Source: Phoronis australis (taxonomy: Eukaryota; Animalia; Phoronida). Taken from it: 64,000 nt of DNA. The position numbers were made by a program, and so were the translations under genes. Below, in pieces: positions 1 to 15,149 of this stretch (position 1 is the stretch's first letter; every line of letters starts with the position of its first letter). A model generated the notes under the pieces. The model saw only the letters and a program-made list of their open reading frames with translations. It did not search any database and was not told the DNA's origin. The stretch spans positions 124,001 to 188,000 of the forward strand of contig NMRA01000464.1 in assembly GCA_002633005.1 (NCBI GenBank), in the 5' to 3' direction.

Positions 1-1559
1 AACTAGACTATTATGAATATATATTTACCTTTTTAGCGACATGATCAGTGGGAATTAACGCACCATCTCTTGCTCCCCTTTTCATGAACACAAAATGGTT
101 TTTATGAAGGCATCTCACAAAAACTAGTGATATGGTTGTATACCACAGACTTAAAGTACAGTGCCATGAGAAACTGAGGGAGTGTTTTATGTACAACTTT
201 TAGGCAAGGGTAGCGTATTGATTCTACCAACACATTTTTTCTCAGCAATAAGAGTTATGGTCAACTAAAAGAATCGAATTTTCGCCTGCAGTGATTATAT
301 GAGCGTGTACACTACATAGAGCTGTGTGTGCTCACAGACATAGATATATTCTGTAACAGCTATGTAGCAAGGAATACATCAGTAGTAGGCCAATCAATAA
401 AGTACAATCAGACATGGTTTAACTCAGGACAAAACAGTATAAGGGCAGTGTTTAGCTTGCTTAGGTACAATTTCCTGAAGTAAATGTTTTCTAGGGCGTG
501 TTGACCTGGCAACGCCACACAGCAACCAAATTCAACACAATAAGCCTTGAAAACAATGAAGTCGCCTGACAAATAAGAACGGGTGTAAAACGTGGAGTTT
601 GATAACCCGTTTTGTATACAGCAAATTGTACTTTACTATTCAATGTATGATAAAAAATCTAAAGTGAGACAGTGAAAAAAAATAATTATTTTGCTCAATG
701 TCAGAGCTTGTACCAAATTTTAGAAGCTGACAATACTGGCTGTCCGAAATTCAAGAATAACTATCACTGACACAATATCCTTCACCTTGATCTAACACAC
801 TATGGGGAGGCATAAAAATGTTGCACCAGTAGATATTTTCAACGATTGTAAGAATTGACAAGACTGTTGATGCAGAACGCAGCGTCCGAAAATTTGAGAA
901 ACGAGCGTCGAAACTGCTCTTGTCCCAATCTTCAGAATCATGAAAATTGAATTTCAGCTTGACTTTTGGTGTCCCAAAATTTAGAGACTGGTTGCAGTCT
1001 GTAGAATTCTTACCATAATCAATAATATATCATTGGCATAAAGATGTTCTGGGAATTTCCTCAATCTTCCTGCTGTACTTGTTCTGTTGCTCTGTTTTAC
1101 GGTAGTTTGTTGCACACCATTTTCTCAACTAGCAGAAACCGAAAATGATAGCACCCCCTTCAGAAAGAATGTGTAGCTATTTGAACATGTTCCCTACCGA
1201 TTTTCTACAAACGTCAACACAATGTGACCAAAATAGGTCTCGGGTAATGCATTTGATAGATTATAGTTTTAACTTTCAAAAAATTAACAGCCAAAAATTT
1301 AATTCTACAACTAAAGTACGCGAATCCTGTCCAAAGCCTCTCTAATTCCGTGAGTAATTCCATTTTGGTGTCTCTATATATCTTCAATGGATTTTGACCC
1401 TGCTCAGAATTTATGCATGATTACCATTCCTATGACAAAACAAAGATTTAACAGGAGTATAATACAGACCTTGCCTGGCTACTTGAGCCACTCCTTTAGA
1501 TATAATAAAGTTTGCTGTACCTAACTGGTAACAGTTCAAAGAATTCTTGGAGCGTGCAC

Positions 1560-1663
1560 GTACCTATGGTGCCATGTACCCATCGTGCCATGTACCTACG
1601 GTGCCATGTACCCATGGTGCCATATACCCATGGTACCCATGGTGCCATGTACCTATGGTGCCA
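1560..1663. repeat. 16-bp minisatellite, ~6.5 copies
   Basis: Unit GTACC(C/T)ATGGTGCCAT repeated in tandem. Confidence 0.9.
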
Positions 1664-2617
1664 AATAAACTGCTAGATATACTTAATTAGTGATTGACTC
1701 ATGCCTGTGGTCAGTTATTGAAACACAAGGAGCGGGTGAGATGGGTATTTGTTACACACACTTCCAGGGATTACTTTTCTTTGTTGAGAAAGTGGCAGAG
1801 TAATGCCAGTAAATGATTATTATTAGATTGACTTGTCTTTCTATAAACAAGCCGTTAAGAGTAGTTCAATGCAAGAGTTAAAAAAATTTTGGATCAGGCG
1901 TTCTACAGTGGTATAATCTTCATGTTGAGTTAACTGCAACTAAAAGTTTTAGTGAAGTGAGAAAGCGCGCTTCGCTCAATTCATCAGTTTTTTTTAAGCA
2001 AAGCGACTCCAAGCTAATACAGTTCCCCAATACAGTTAGTTGGTTGGCTAATTTATTTATTATTCGACTTTGTAAAGGGTTCAACAAGGGAGGGACAAGA
2101 AATCAGGAAACTGAAAGACAGATCACAGTAACAACTTTCATTGACAGATGTCATTACTTTGTAGGGAATTTAGTGTTGTCTTTCTAAGTTTATTGAGGAA
2201 ATACATCTGCAAAGTGTGGCTTCAGATGCTAATTTAATGATACCAAAGATTTACACATTGGAAATTATTTTGGATCAGCTAATTTGAACTGTGCATTGTA
2301 TGCTTAGGACTGGAATACAAACAAGCCTCGTTTCAGAGAAAAATTATAATTCACGAGTTCTTTATTAAGAATGATCTGTCACAACGCTACCCTATATTAG
2401 TGACAAAAGATAGCAAATCTTAAGCAACAAAAATCACGACAAAATCAATTCTATCACCTCAACAAGACATAAATTTGGTTGATGAACATTCTTAATCCCT
2501 TACCAATGTACCCATCCCCCACACTAATTCCTTATCTGGTAACACTCTCTCATTGGTCGATAGTAATGTTTTAAAATCCTTCACTCTATCCAACAATGAC
2601 CTTGACACCTCCCCCAC

Positions 2618-2623
2618 CACACA

Positions 2624-2662
<39 letters not shown>
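2618..2662. repeat. (CA)n microsatellite
   Basis: About 22 CA units with one TA interruption. Confidence 0.95.
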
Positions 2663-2664
<2 letters not shown>

Positions 2665-4554
2665 GAGACTTTCAATGGCACACACCCACACGTGCTTTAG
2701 TAAGATATCCAAAGAAAACATTTACACAAAATCTGATCCCAGCAGAAAACGTAAACCGCAGACAGCCACCACACAGTTAAACAAATTCACTGACAAATGC
2801 TTAATGTAGGCCTTTCCATCAACAACAAATTCATAACTAACCCAACCGAAATGAAACAGACCACTGTCCAATCACATGGCATTCATACCAAATCAACAAA
2901 CAGTATAAAATCCAATCATCTTAATACATAAGACATCCTACCTGTCTCAGGCAGACAGTAGGTCCACTCACTTACAACAACGCAGAAACAGGAGCAGTCA
3001 GTCAGTTGGGTGTTCATGCTTGCCTTGACACACAACATCTAAATACCAGCCAAGTTAAACACCCACATATACATTCAGTGCACTGATAGTCAACGAGGTC
3101 ATCCTCACTTCCAGGTCACTGACCTAGATACGACCTGTCAATCAGCTGAGTGGCTGTTGCCTGAAGTCACATGATTTCAGTTCATCCAAAGTGTAGAGGA
3201 TCACCTCTCTGTTGACAAACAAGAAGCAAGTTTCTTCTGAAGTCACCAGCTGATTGGGAATATTTGTCAATTCTGAACAACAACTGAACAAGTTTACTGA
3301 TAAAAGTTTATGTTTTAAACTGAATCTTACATAAGCCAACATAAACAAACTTGGCTAAAAACAAAATTTTCCAGGAATTCTGCAAATGTTGCATAACACC
3401 CATACAATCAACAGATACCAGAAATATCTGCTTGAAGTACAACAAACACTGCTGACACTATAACACCTGTAAATGTTTCAGTGCCAGAAAAAATTCAGCC
3501 TCCAACTGGATAGAGCGGGTCCTGAGGTATTTGACACCTTATAACAAGATTAAAAAGCAACTTTGATGACAGGGCCATTGATGCCTTGACTTAGGGCTGA
3601 ATCTCGGGCCCCATTCCTCCAAATTTACCCTCAAAAGGCCAAAAATATACCTTGCAATGATTAAAAATTCCCCTCCTCAAAGGGTGAAATTGCTGCTGAC
3701 CACGGGGAGGTAGTTTGCCTCTCAACAAAAAAAATTCATGTCAGTAGACACAGGCTCCACCCCCCTCAGGTGAGCAAGGCCCTACCGTGGATGATCTTAG
3801 TTTTACCACGGTCTAGCTGTTGATAACTCAATACAACTGGATGGCCAATTATGTAACAAATTTGAAAAACCAAAAGGATAGCTCAATTCTTAAAATTTTC
3901 AGTATGAAAGTCTAAAGTTAGACCATTACAACTAAGCGTGTCGCGAAGGGAAGTAAAACTTTTTCTAAACTCAAAAAAGCGCCAACGAAGACATTACAAA
4001 GTGGCTGGCGTGGCCCGAGTTCAATGACCCTGACACCTGTGTTCAGTGCCTTGAGTCAGAATTACACTAGGCAATCCTTCATGGTTTCAAATCATGCACA
4101 GCCACTCTAAATCAAGAACACTCTTTGCTGATTATCAGTATCCACTGAGACTAATTTTAAGGCTAAAATAGAAACTGAGAAGACAAACCAGAAGATCGGT
4201 TGTTCAAGGTGGTTGTAAAACCCCATCTAAATGACAGGCTAGAGCACAAAGAGAACCATATGGAGTAATCTCATTAGCAGCCAATAGTTGCCCCTTAATG
4301 TTGGACCGCCTGGACAAAATCCTGGATCCATATAATGCGTGGTCATGTATTGAAAGATGGAAAGGGTAACAGAGTAAAACAATGATGTAGAAAAGTGTTA
4401 CAAATACTGATATGGGAAGGTCCATACAGTGCTGTTTTCTCCTTAACATGGGTGATTCATGGAGTTAAAATGCCATCATTGAATTTGTTCCACTTTTGGT
4501 GAGTTCTCAAGTGCAAGGCTCCACGCAGACCCAAGAAACTTGTGGGAAAAGCTA

Positions 4555-4831
4555 GAGTGATCATGTGTTTGTAATGCATGGTGATACCTCACAAAGACTA
4601 GTGTGATCACGTGCTTAATTGTAATGCATGGTGATATCTCACAGATTTAAGTGTGATCATGTTCTTGTAATGCATAGTGATATCTCATAAAGACCAGTGT
4701 GATCATGTTCTTGTAATGAATGGTGATATCTCACAGATTTAAGTGTGATCGTGTTCTTGTAATGCATAGTGATATCCCACAAAGACTAGTGTGGTCACGT
4801 GCTTGTAATGCATGGTGATATCTCACAAAGA
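4555..4831. repeat. 46-bp minisatellite, 6 copies
   Basis: Unit GTGTGATCATGTTCTTGTAATGCATRGTGATATCTCACA(AAGACTA/GATTTAA), with starts at 4651, 4697, 4743 and 4789. Confidence 0.9.
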
Positions 4832-5204
4832 TTGCATGATCACAAATTTTCGTAAGATTTTTGCATCAATGGAATGCAGCCCAGAGCAGTCACAGTTTAA
4901 GTTTTCAACAACTACGAAACTCCTGCCTGATGATCGTGTGAATCACTCACCTAATTCTGTCACTAGTATTTGGAAACAAGGTCAATGATACATAAGGTGA
5001 CCCAATATTGGGTGGCAACACACTGTCAAAGCTGGCAGCTGGTTCAAAATTAAAATCTTGATTGGTTTTTAAAAACAGCTGTATACCAACTGATTTTCCC
5101 CAACATTAAATAATACATTTAACCCAAAAACCTACAGCATTCAGGGAGACAAGTTTCTGCAATGATCAGTATCCTTTCATCAACAGCTATTTCTTCTCAA
5201 CCAG

Positions 5205-5346
5205 AAATACCAGATGACAGAATAACTAAATACCAGACGACAGAATAACTGAATACCAGATGACAGAATAACTGAATACCAGATGACAGAATAACTGAAT
5301 ACCAGATGACAGAATAAATGAATACCACATGACAGAATAACTGAAT
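5205..5346. repeat. 23-bp minisatellite, ~6 copies
   Basis: Unit GAATACCAGATGACAGAATAACT. Confidence 0.92.
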
Positions 5347-7247
5347 CACATGCACTGGTCAAATCCAACACGGCAATTGTAAGCTCCTATAATGAAGTCA
5401 TGTGTGTTTACGCCTATGTTCGGCTTAACAGAAACCCCGGATTTATTAATTTTTACTTTAAAATACTCAGTTCAGCACCCACCACTTTCCATGCATGCAG
5501 GATCGAGACTAGCATATGCCAATGTCTTTGGCAACGCCTGCTTCACAAGAATTTTAGCTCCTGCACCATATGCAATTTGTATACGGTACTACTTAAAATA
5601 TGGTTTATGAGTGAAATTCTATTTTCTCAAATTTCTCCACAAACACATAGATTAAGAAACGTTTCGTCAAATATAAGCATGGTTCGCACTGTGTAGATGT
5701 CATAAAAAGCAGTTATCAAAATTTCCATTTGTAGTTTCAGTTTTAGATAAAAGGAAATTTTGGCAATTATTTTGTGTGAAAGAAGTGTAGAATTACCATA
5801 TCTTTGATTAGGTAACCCAACAGTCAAAATCAGCAAAACTATGCATGTTCAGGGGACATAATACCTGCTTTTTACTAAAGGAGATTTGAAACGATTAGCA
5901 TAAGGGAACTGACCATTGAAGTAAAAACCCATTCCAATGTCTCAATAATTTTGCCTTCGAGCACCCATGTCGAACTCCACGCTATTACACACAAATTTTT
6001 AAAGTTCCCAATTTGTCCCTGGAGAGTTAAAATGGTTTTTCAACAAAAATTTTGGAATATTTTTGTCAGCAACCTTAAGTATGATGCTCAAGTCAAAAAA
6101 GTTTTGATAAACGTTTCTACATAACAGTACTATAACATTCATAAAAAGCACACAAAGAACCCTGATCAATGTTTTTTATAACAGTGACCTGACAATAACA
6201 GTCGACCTTGATAATCAAATGACTAGCATGAACCTTAATTTACCCGGATATAATAATGGAATTGAATTCAGAGAAAAACTAAATAATGGTCTTATGCCAA
6301 ATTATTAATGCTCGAAACATACAAGATGATCGTAATTTGTGTGACAGGAAGAACTACCAACAAGTTGGCTTGACCTGGAAGGTCATTTTAGCGTGAGCAT
6401 AGGTCTAATATAGGGGAACAGTTTTTTCAAAGACCACAAATTACTTCTTATCTGAGTAAGAGGATGTTTGTATTCACTTTACCCAGATGTTTTAAACACC
6501 CCAGAATAGGTCAAAACCAGTCCATGATACACTTTCATCATCTACACTGGAACACTCAATGTTAAGCAAGGTAAAGATTTCACAAAAGATAGCTACAAAC
6601 TTGTCAAACCTCACATTAGAACCATTTCCTTGTTTTATGAAATCCCATCAATATTTTAGGAAAACAATACAGGATTAATGCTACAAATAACCCACAAGTA
6701 CTGGAAAAATATGTGGCCCCTATTGGCAGACACAGACACTACACATTCAGTGCTGTACTTCACCATGCAGTACCTGTAGTTATATGATACACATACCGAT
6801 TGGAATTTTAATTGAATCAACAAAGCACCAGGTTATAATTTTTCCCTGGTAGTAATCCAGCTAAATTTGGTAGAACTCTGAAGCCCGGCAAATTCGTGAC
6901 TCAATGCAATTACTTTATAGTAAAAATTTCCCATCAATTTCCACGTGGGAACGCCACTATTCTGTATTGGCTATGCACATTTAACCAATGGTAATAAGTT
7001 GGATCAACATGAGTAGTAGTCTTGTGGATACTTGGCTAAATACACTCACTTGTTGATAAGGTCCTGCATAACCTTACTTTAGTATGACATTAATTCTTGA
7101 ACTTAAAACATTAAAAAAAAAATTAGATCTTTAGTCAAAATAGTACAAAAATGCTTGCTGTAGGGACATTTTCTTTTCAGTTTCTACAATTTTAGGTTAA
7201 TGAAAATGACCAGGCGATTACTTAACAATTAATCAATGTCAAATTTA

Positions 7248-9620
7248 CCGTAAACGTTCTGGTTAACGCCCATGCTCAGTTAACTGCCCACCTCCTACTT
7301 TAGGTGGATTTTCGATTTAACCGTCCACTGCTCGGTTAAGCGCCCCTTGCGATTTTTGAATATTTCCAGTTAAGGAACCACCTCTCGGTTAAGCGCCCAT
7401 CCCCGACTTTTAAAGAATGAAGATTTAGCGCCCAGTGGTAAGGAAACGTGCGATTCCCCGTCTTTTAGAAAAAGATCGATGATCACAAAGAGCGCAACGA
7501 CGCCGGGCCTCCGAGACGGTGGTTCAGCAATGTGCATTACAATACAAGTAAGGAGTTAGACTTGGGTCATGGACTCACTTCAAAATATAAACTTTAACAT
7601 TTTTGTCACTTTATTTTCTTCCCATGTTTGCAAAGTTTAAAGACGCCGCCGGCGTCAAAACCTCCGCTTTCAGCGACTTTGTCTGCCGCGCTGAGTTTCC
7701 GTCTGCAGTGCACTAGATAAAATATATATTCGAAAAAATTAGGCCAAAGAAATGTGACAATGGTTTTGCCAACCTTCCAAATTCTCTTAAGGTTGAAAGC
7801 TCTCGTATTTCGAAGCAATCTCACAACTCACGGAAAGATGTCAAATTCTCAATATTTTGATGACTGTAACTGCCGGGTTATAGAGCATGTGTGGCGACCA
7901 AAGGGACAGTACAAGTGCCTTACTGGGTTACCGATTTCGTTGCTGCCTGTCGATTTCTGAATTCAAACGTTGGTAATAATGTATGTTTGTGTATGATCTT
8001 GAAGTAATAAAAAACGGCTAGTCAAATTTTGTTTTTCGCTTATTGCATCTCAGTCAAACTGGTTAGCAGATTTAACTAATGTCGCTGGCTGTTCTTTACT
8101 ATTTCTTGCGTCAGCCCCCACGTAAGCGTGACTGTGTGAATTATCGTTTCCACATCCCCTTTTTAGCCATCCAGAATAATTTTGGTTATACATTGGCCAT
8201 TTTCAGCCTGAACAAAAATTCTTACCATTCGAGTTTGAAATATCTACGACGTAGACTGCTTGACGATAGTGGGTAGGAGAATCACGCAGCTAGTTACAGG
8301 GATGGGCTTAAGGAGCATCGAGCCGGGAAATATCAGAATAGACTTGACATCGCAGTTTTGGGGAACAGTGGCAATGGAGGAATATCGTAAAGAACTGTGT
8401 CTTTCGTAATAACAGCTTACAAGTACTTAGTCACGCCCGTTTCTGTTACTCAGGACTGTCGCTATTCCCTTTTGATGTGTGATTTTTGTAGTAGTGCACG
8501 TGCGCAATTTCCCACACTTTGGGGTGCGTGTTACCTTGATACCAACATGTGATTGACAGGTGACTCACACGTGCGTGCTGAATCCCACCGCTATCTTTGG
8601 CCATAAAAAACGAGATGCATATTGAAAGAGGCCGTTATATTACTTGACGGCATTTCCAAATCACAATTGTCAGCCGACTGAGACATTATGCGCTAACAGC
8701 GGGACTGAACAGTGCCGCAGTGCGATTTGTAGGTGATAATGAAATAGGATAATCTGGACATCCTGCATGAAAAATAAATGTTTTTCCACCACGAAGTTTG
8801 GTAAGGTGACTGTTTAAAAATGAATTGAAACATTGCTGTTTTGTGACGTTTTATCACATATTTATGCTAACACGTGGCTTGAAATTTTATTCTTGATTGA
8901 CGAGTGGCTCACGGCCGCTTAACCCCAATTCTTGTCTTACTTTTTTGCCGAGCATGTTTGGTGCAACGGCAAGTGAGCAATGCCGGGCGGTAGAGATAAA
9001 ACAGCTAGCCACAGAACCATATTCTGAAAATGTCATTGAGTCACGGAGTGTCGACTATAAACATCCCAAACACAAAAAAACATCTGAATTAAGTTTTTCA
9101 AACTTTTATTACAACTGCTCTCTGACTATGAACTTGGCAGCTAGTACGAGGTGACCTCTGCAACACGTGAAGCTTGCACGCGCACACTTAAGCAAGGTCA
9201 CATCTTGAAATAGTGGCAATCCAAGTAAAGGCTGTGTGGTCACTGGTCGTCTGCGCTCTACAGGGCAAAGTAGCAAGACCACAGGACGGCACGGGGCTTA
9301 CTCAGTAATTCTGTAAATTTCATTGTGAATAACTAATCTGAGGGCGATAGAACCTTTGCTGGGATCATCTGCTGTTATGACATTTTTCCCGTCATGTGGC
9401 GACGTGACGTTAAAGCTCTTTGAAAAGTGCTACGCGTTCCGAGTACGCGTGTGCTGTGGGACTTAAATCACGAGGTAAGATTAACCGCCCAGAGCGGCTG
9501 CCTGTTGTAATAAGCGCCCATGTTCCCACGTTTAAGCGCCCATGTCTGGTTAACCGCCCATCCCCGATTTTTTGGGTTTGCCAATTTAACCGCCCAGAGC
9601 GTTAACCCGAACGTTTACAG
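7248..9620. mobile_element. Non-autonomous TA-targeting DNA transposon (Tc1/mariner-pogo type)
   Basis: Left end TA|CCGTAAACGTTCTGGTTAACGC; right end reverse-complements to TA|CTGTAAACGTTCGGGTTAACGC. Several subterminal TTAA(G/C)CGCCC repeats at both ends. CpG-rich interior with no transposase ORF. Confidence 0.85.
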
Positions 9621-12600
9621 TATGCTATTCACCAGCTAATATCAATACTGAAACATTTTAATTAATGTTCCACTGGGGAATCCTACCACCCTTGCATGTG
9701 AGACTGATGTCCCTCAAGACCCCCAAAAAACATGGTTTCTGTGTCCCTTCAATTACAGTTTCAGTTGTTTTTCCATACTAGTAACTATGTGCTGAACTGA
9801 AGAAAATATGTTACCAGCACGGAATATTGTGAGCATAGGAACAAATTTTTGCGCACGCACAAATGTACGCCACTACACCACCTCCCCCATTACAGTTGAT
9901 ACAACTCAATTGGCCACTTATGAGATACATACCGACTAAATCTTATTTCAGCTCAATCCACCTCCTCAAGGGGGTTTGGCTTGAGGCGATTACAGCTAAT
10001 CCTGTAGGTACCTTTACACATGCTCAGCAAACTGACTAAAGCTAAAAAGAGGGCTTAAGCCACATCAAAGTCTGTAGTGTAAACAGCTAACACAAGCATG
10101 TATTATCTCCATATGTAACCACACGCCATATTTCCAGGAAAAATGAAATCTTGTTATATTGGCATCCATAGCAATGAGAAGCAACCATTTCTGATAATCT
10201 CTAAACTGTCTCCCGGCCCAAGTGTCTTTGTCGGAAAGTTGTTGATTTCCACGACATTGCCTGGGAGGTCTAGATGAGACGATTCTCGCAACCTGGTGAC
10301 TTAACGGCATAAGTAAGAGAAATGCTGTGAATTATTTAAATTTGAAGAAACATTCAAACTAGTATGCAAGTGCGTTCTTTTGTAGCTTACACTTTGTGCT
10401 TAGGTAGGTTAGGATTCATATTTGTCACCGATTCTGTAGATTTTGTTACATAAAAACGTAATAATTCACATTACATTTATTTATAATTTCCCTTAGGACA
10501 ATTTGTAAAACAATTGAAATATCGAAGTCGCTGGTATATGGGAAACAAAATTTAATACCACAATTGCACTATTACATGAAGTATGGACAGTTTCCTCACA
10601 ATGGTACACTTACATGTATATATTCACAGCTAAGATCGCTACGAGCATTGCTCACTTCGGTCGCCATCTTCCCGTCTCTTTACTTTGCTTTGGACTGTGA
10701 TTGTTTATCATTGCATTTCCGCAAATTACACGTCGTTATGTAGACAGTCATCAAAAGCTGAATAAGATATAACTAATTGATGACTTTCAAAAACTTAAGT
10801 GCGCATATTTTGCAAAACATTTGTGTTGTTCTAAAGACTAATTCATAGCTGAAAGGTAGCATTTTCACCTCAGTCAAGCAGTGTACAGCTTATGGACAAT
10901 TCACTGACGTTTGCCAAGTTAAGCTATGAGTGTGGATGAAATCTTTAGGCAAAGAAGCATCACTTCAAGTTCTTTTTATGCAGATGTATGGTTAAGTTGA
11001 AATCTTACCATTACTTTTCGTCTGTTCAACTTCACGGTTTTTGCAGTTGTCAGTCACGATACATGGTAATTTCTATTGCACTCATAGTCTACATGTAAAT
11101 GCTTGGTTTTATAGATGCGCAATTTTAATTTACCCCTATAATCCTGTTCATAATGTCAAGTTCCAAGTTAGTGCTTCAGAGAACTGACAAAGGCTATTTT
11201 TAGAGTGCAGTATAATACATCACTGACTAGAATGCAGAATTTTGATTCGCTTACGCTTACGCACACCCTCCAATGCATTATAAAGCCAGCTCAGTATTCC
11301 CAGCAAGCCAGAAAAAAATGTAGGCCTCCTCTCTGAAACTCGCGCTACACACCTGCATTCTGTCAAAATCAAACTTTTTGATTTATGCAACAGTATGGTC
11401 TACGCTTAGGGCTCTAGTACTTTTAATTCATGACTAGAAACTGATGGTTTGTTAAAGTTGTTCATTTGAGAGCACGTTCAAGAACATTTGCCAATGATCA
11501 GTGTGACGTTTTTTGTAATGTTAAGACGATAATAGTCTGAGATCTCGATTTATATCTGAATACTTATCAAACTAAAACAACACATTGTAGATTTCAACAA
11601 AATTTAATGATCAGATATGGTAAAAGTTCTTCGTTTAGCTGTCGTTTTTGCAAAGGTTGTCTAGAAAAAAGTACTTTTTTCTCTCTCTTGGCCATGCTGT
11701 CCAAGCAGTTATTTGTTAAAACTAGCCTTCTGAATGAGGGCTGCTACTGATGCGTCCCTGCCTGGATACTAACCCAGATGAGTGTGGTAGAATGATACCT
11801 TCATTATGAAATGAATCATGGCAAGTCTCAGGAGGTAATCCAGTCTGATTCCCAGCCTTGATCAAAGTGGCACAATACATGTTTGACATCAGAAACAGAT
11901 AGGATTCTTGGCTACACAGCCAGATAACAATGGAAAGGACAACAGACAAAAAGATTCCATGATACTGTGTATTACTCCAACTGTATCAGCCACTTTGTAT
12001 GTTATTAACAACACTATATACATGTAAGTATAGTACCAACCTATATTTTTAGCAAATGATCTATTTATGACTGGCAACTGTCACAGTTAGCTATGAATAG
12101 GTTTTAAAATAACAACATTTAGCTGAAAAGAACAAAAACTGACGTTCGCACTTGAGACTTATGTATGAATTCCAGAAATTTCCAAATTATCACTTCGAAA
12201 CGCTCATGTTAAGCTTGAATTGCCTACCCCTTAAAATGTCGGTATCTTTGTGAACGTACATCTAACAAGAATTTTAACTCCCAAATCATATGCAGCTCAC
12301 TTACCTTTGGATAAAGAACAGTCAACTTCAGTGGCATATTCAGACACGTAAAATACCCATTCTTTATTGAAGAAGACTTAAAACGGTTCTTTAAGCGCAT
12401 TCTAATACAGTAACCATACGTAAGTGCAATTAGTGAAAGCATTTGCGTGAGCAAATTAGCCGTTCATGCACGTCAAAAAATTAAACTTTTTAAGGCACGT
12501 TTTGCTCAGGTTAACTGCCCCTACCCCGATTATTGAAATTTACAAACACAAGTACCTTGGGCATTAACTCAGCAGAATACGGTGCTATCCTCAAGAATCC

Positions 12601-15149
12601 AAAAAACAAAGTTATTTAGAAAGAAAGACCTAGACTCCTCAACTTGCATTTAAAATAAAACATTTGACTCAACATAACAACAGCATGGTGCATCATTGAT
12701 TAATACAGGCAGCAGCTGATTAGACAATCAACATTTCGTACCTGCACAGGGGTTGAAAACAACCTGATCTTTGGACTGCACATTCTGTGCCACCTCAATG
12801 CAATTTCCCAATGTTTAGATATCAAACTACCAGCTTCCTCCAGTGACTTCAAAAACAAGATTTAACGATCAAAAGAATAAGGTTCGCACAGGTCAGGAAC
12901 GATTCTTTGAAAAACACCTGAGGATTGAAGTCAACCACGTCTGCTCGTTGCCAGTCCCAGTGACACTAATGCCTGCATCTGACTCACCATCTCATGCCAC
13001 AAATTTTTAAGTCAGGTAAATATTCATGCAGGAATAATGTAAGGGGTTATTATGACATAGTTCGTTGTCTCACACTCGACACAGATAGGTAAGGTAATCG
13101 TATGTTTCTAGTCTGGACATTACCCAGTTTCAAAGTAATTCCTTCGGAAAGGTGCAAGATAAAACATGACAAGAAAATTGCTTGAACAGGTCATCTAAAA
13201 CTTATGACTTATGGAAGATACACTTACTAAATATTAATCTTTTATGTAGATAGAATTGCCATTAGGTAAACAATAGATAAATTGCGATCAGGTGGCTTCA
13301 GAGCTTTTGGGGACTTAAAATTCAAAATCAGAACTTCTGAAGTTCGAAGCAACAGAGTGATAATTAGCAATGCTCAAACAAGAGACTTGTGCTTAAAACT
13401 AGCATACCGTAAAATTTTCAGACAAACAGAAATAAAAATCTGTTACCAACCCACTAGAGAACTGTACAACACAGAATCTTTAAAACTGACATATACATGT
13501 TTCAGCAAAACCTTTTTAGGTTTCCCATCCAATTATAAGCATTCTAAAAAAATTTCTCAGCTTTAGGCAATCTTCAGTTACCAATATTTGCAAAGCTTGT
13601 TGGCAGACTGCAAAATTTCACAGAATATCAAAATTTTTTACACCATAGTTATATAACTTCAAATTAACCTACATCCTTAAAGCCCACGAACGAACCTTAA
13701 GAGTTGCACAACAGCCACCAGGGGCAGATTGCATAAAGCTAATGCTGGATAGCAACGATGACGTCGCGTTCATAGACGTGATGTTGCTAATGCACTTGAG
13801 GTCACGCAACAATCCAACTATTTCAGCGGATAAGTTTGAAAGTTGTATGCAAGACAACCCAGATCCAATTTAACCTCTCATGTATGGTCTCAAGCCCACC
13901 TACACACTTCACAAATACCTGAGTCAATCAAGAGGGCAGGTTAATGACTTAATATGCTTCACAGAATTAGCGCATTAAGACCAGTTGCGCCCATTTCTTT
14001 CCCAACCAATGAAGTCTGAGTGGTGGCGTGGCTGTTTTTCATAGTAAAATGTGATTAGGCAGCTGCCAAAATCATCGTCATGAGAGAAAAAGATGGTTGG
14101 CATTATTTGTGAGGTGAAATTACTCTTGGTAAAATCTCTTGACGTCATTAACACGAGAACAACTATAGGACAGAAACCAAAGAGATGACAAATTAGGTCT
14201 AAGGTATTTGTATTTCTTGTCCACCTTGAGGTAACTGTGAACCTAGGGTGTGCTTATATGCAGCAAACTTGAATACCTTAAATTCTCTTGGTTCTAACGC
14301 TTACAAAGTACCCCGGTATATATTTTCTGAAAGGTGAAGAAATTTCGTGACAAAATTTATTATTCTTATTACCGTAACTTGTCTTCATGTTTTCATGGAC
14401 ATGTGTTTTTTAGTAAAATTGTTGACTTTGAACATCTTGTCATATTGGTTTTTTGTCAACATGCAAGTAACGACAATTTCAAGGGAACCATGCCTCAGAT
14501 TTTAGAAGTAGGTCTTATTGAAGGCTTTGTTCTGAAAAACTAATTTGACCATGGAATAATTTGAGACCAATTATTTATCATAGTAAGTTACGTAAATGAA
14601 AATTTGTAAAGGTGCAAGGTCAGAGGTGCCGCTGAAACTAGGGGTCATTTGTGGCCCAGTGGTAGAAACAAGTTTTGTACATTTTGGAAGATAAAATTAA
14701 TGCAGACAGGCATTCAGCAAGACATGAGCAGGTTCAAGGTCTCATTCGTATAAACTGGAAGTGAACAGTAAACAGAGCATTGGAAATTTCATGTGAGGGA
14801 GGTACAAGCCCAACGCTGGGGTTAATACAGATTAAAATTAGTGTTGGACTGATCTTCCAAGTATATTATACTACATGTTTAATTATATCTTAGAGATGGC
14901 GCATTATGTGACATTTATCTGTGACTTATTTTAGTGGCATGTTCCACACCAAGTGAATCATTATATTACATAGTATCCATTTGCTTCATTTAGGGATTAG
15001 CTTCCTTGTGTTGCACCACTGTGACCCACCAAGACATAAAAACACCATATCTACCCATCAGAGTGCAGTCTTCAGTTTCCTTGTCAACTGAGGGACATTT
15101 GCGTTCTTACAGAGAGAGTTTGACAGGCAAAAGCTGTAAGTAGATCGTC

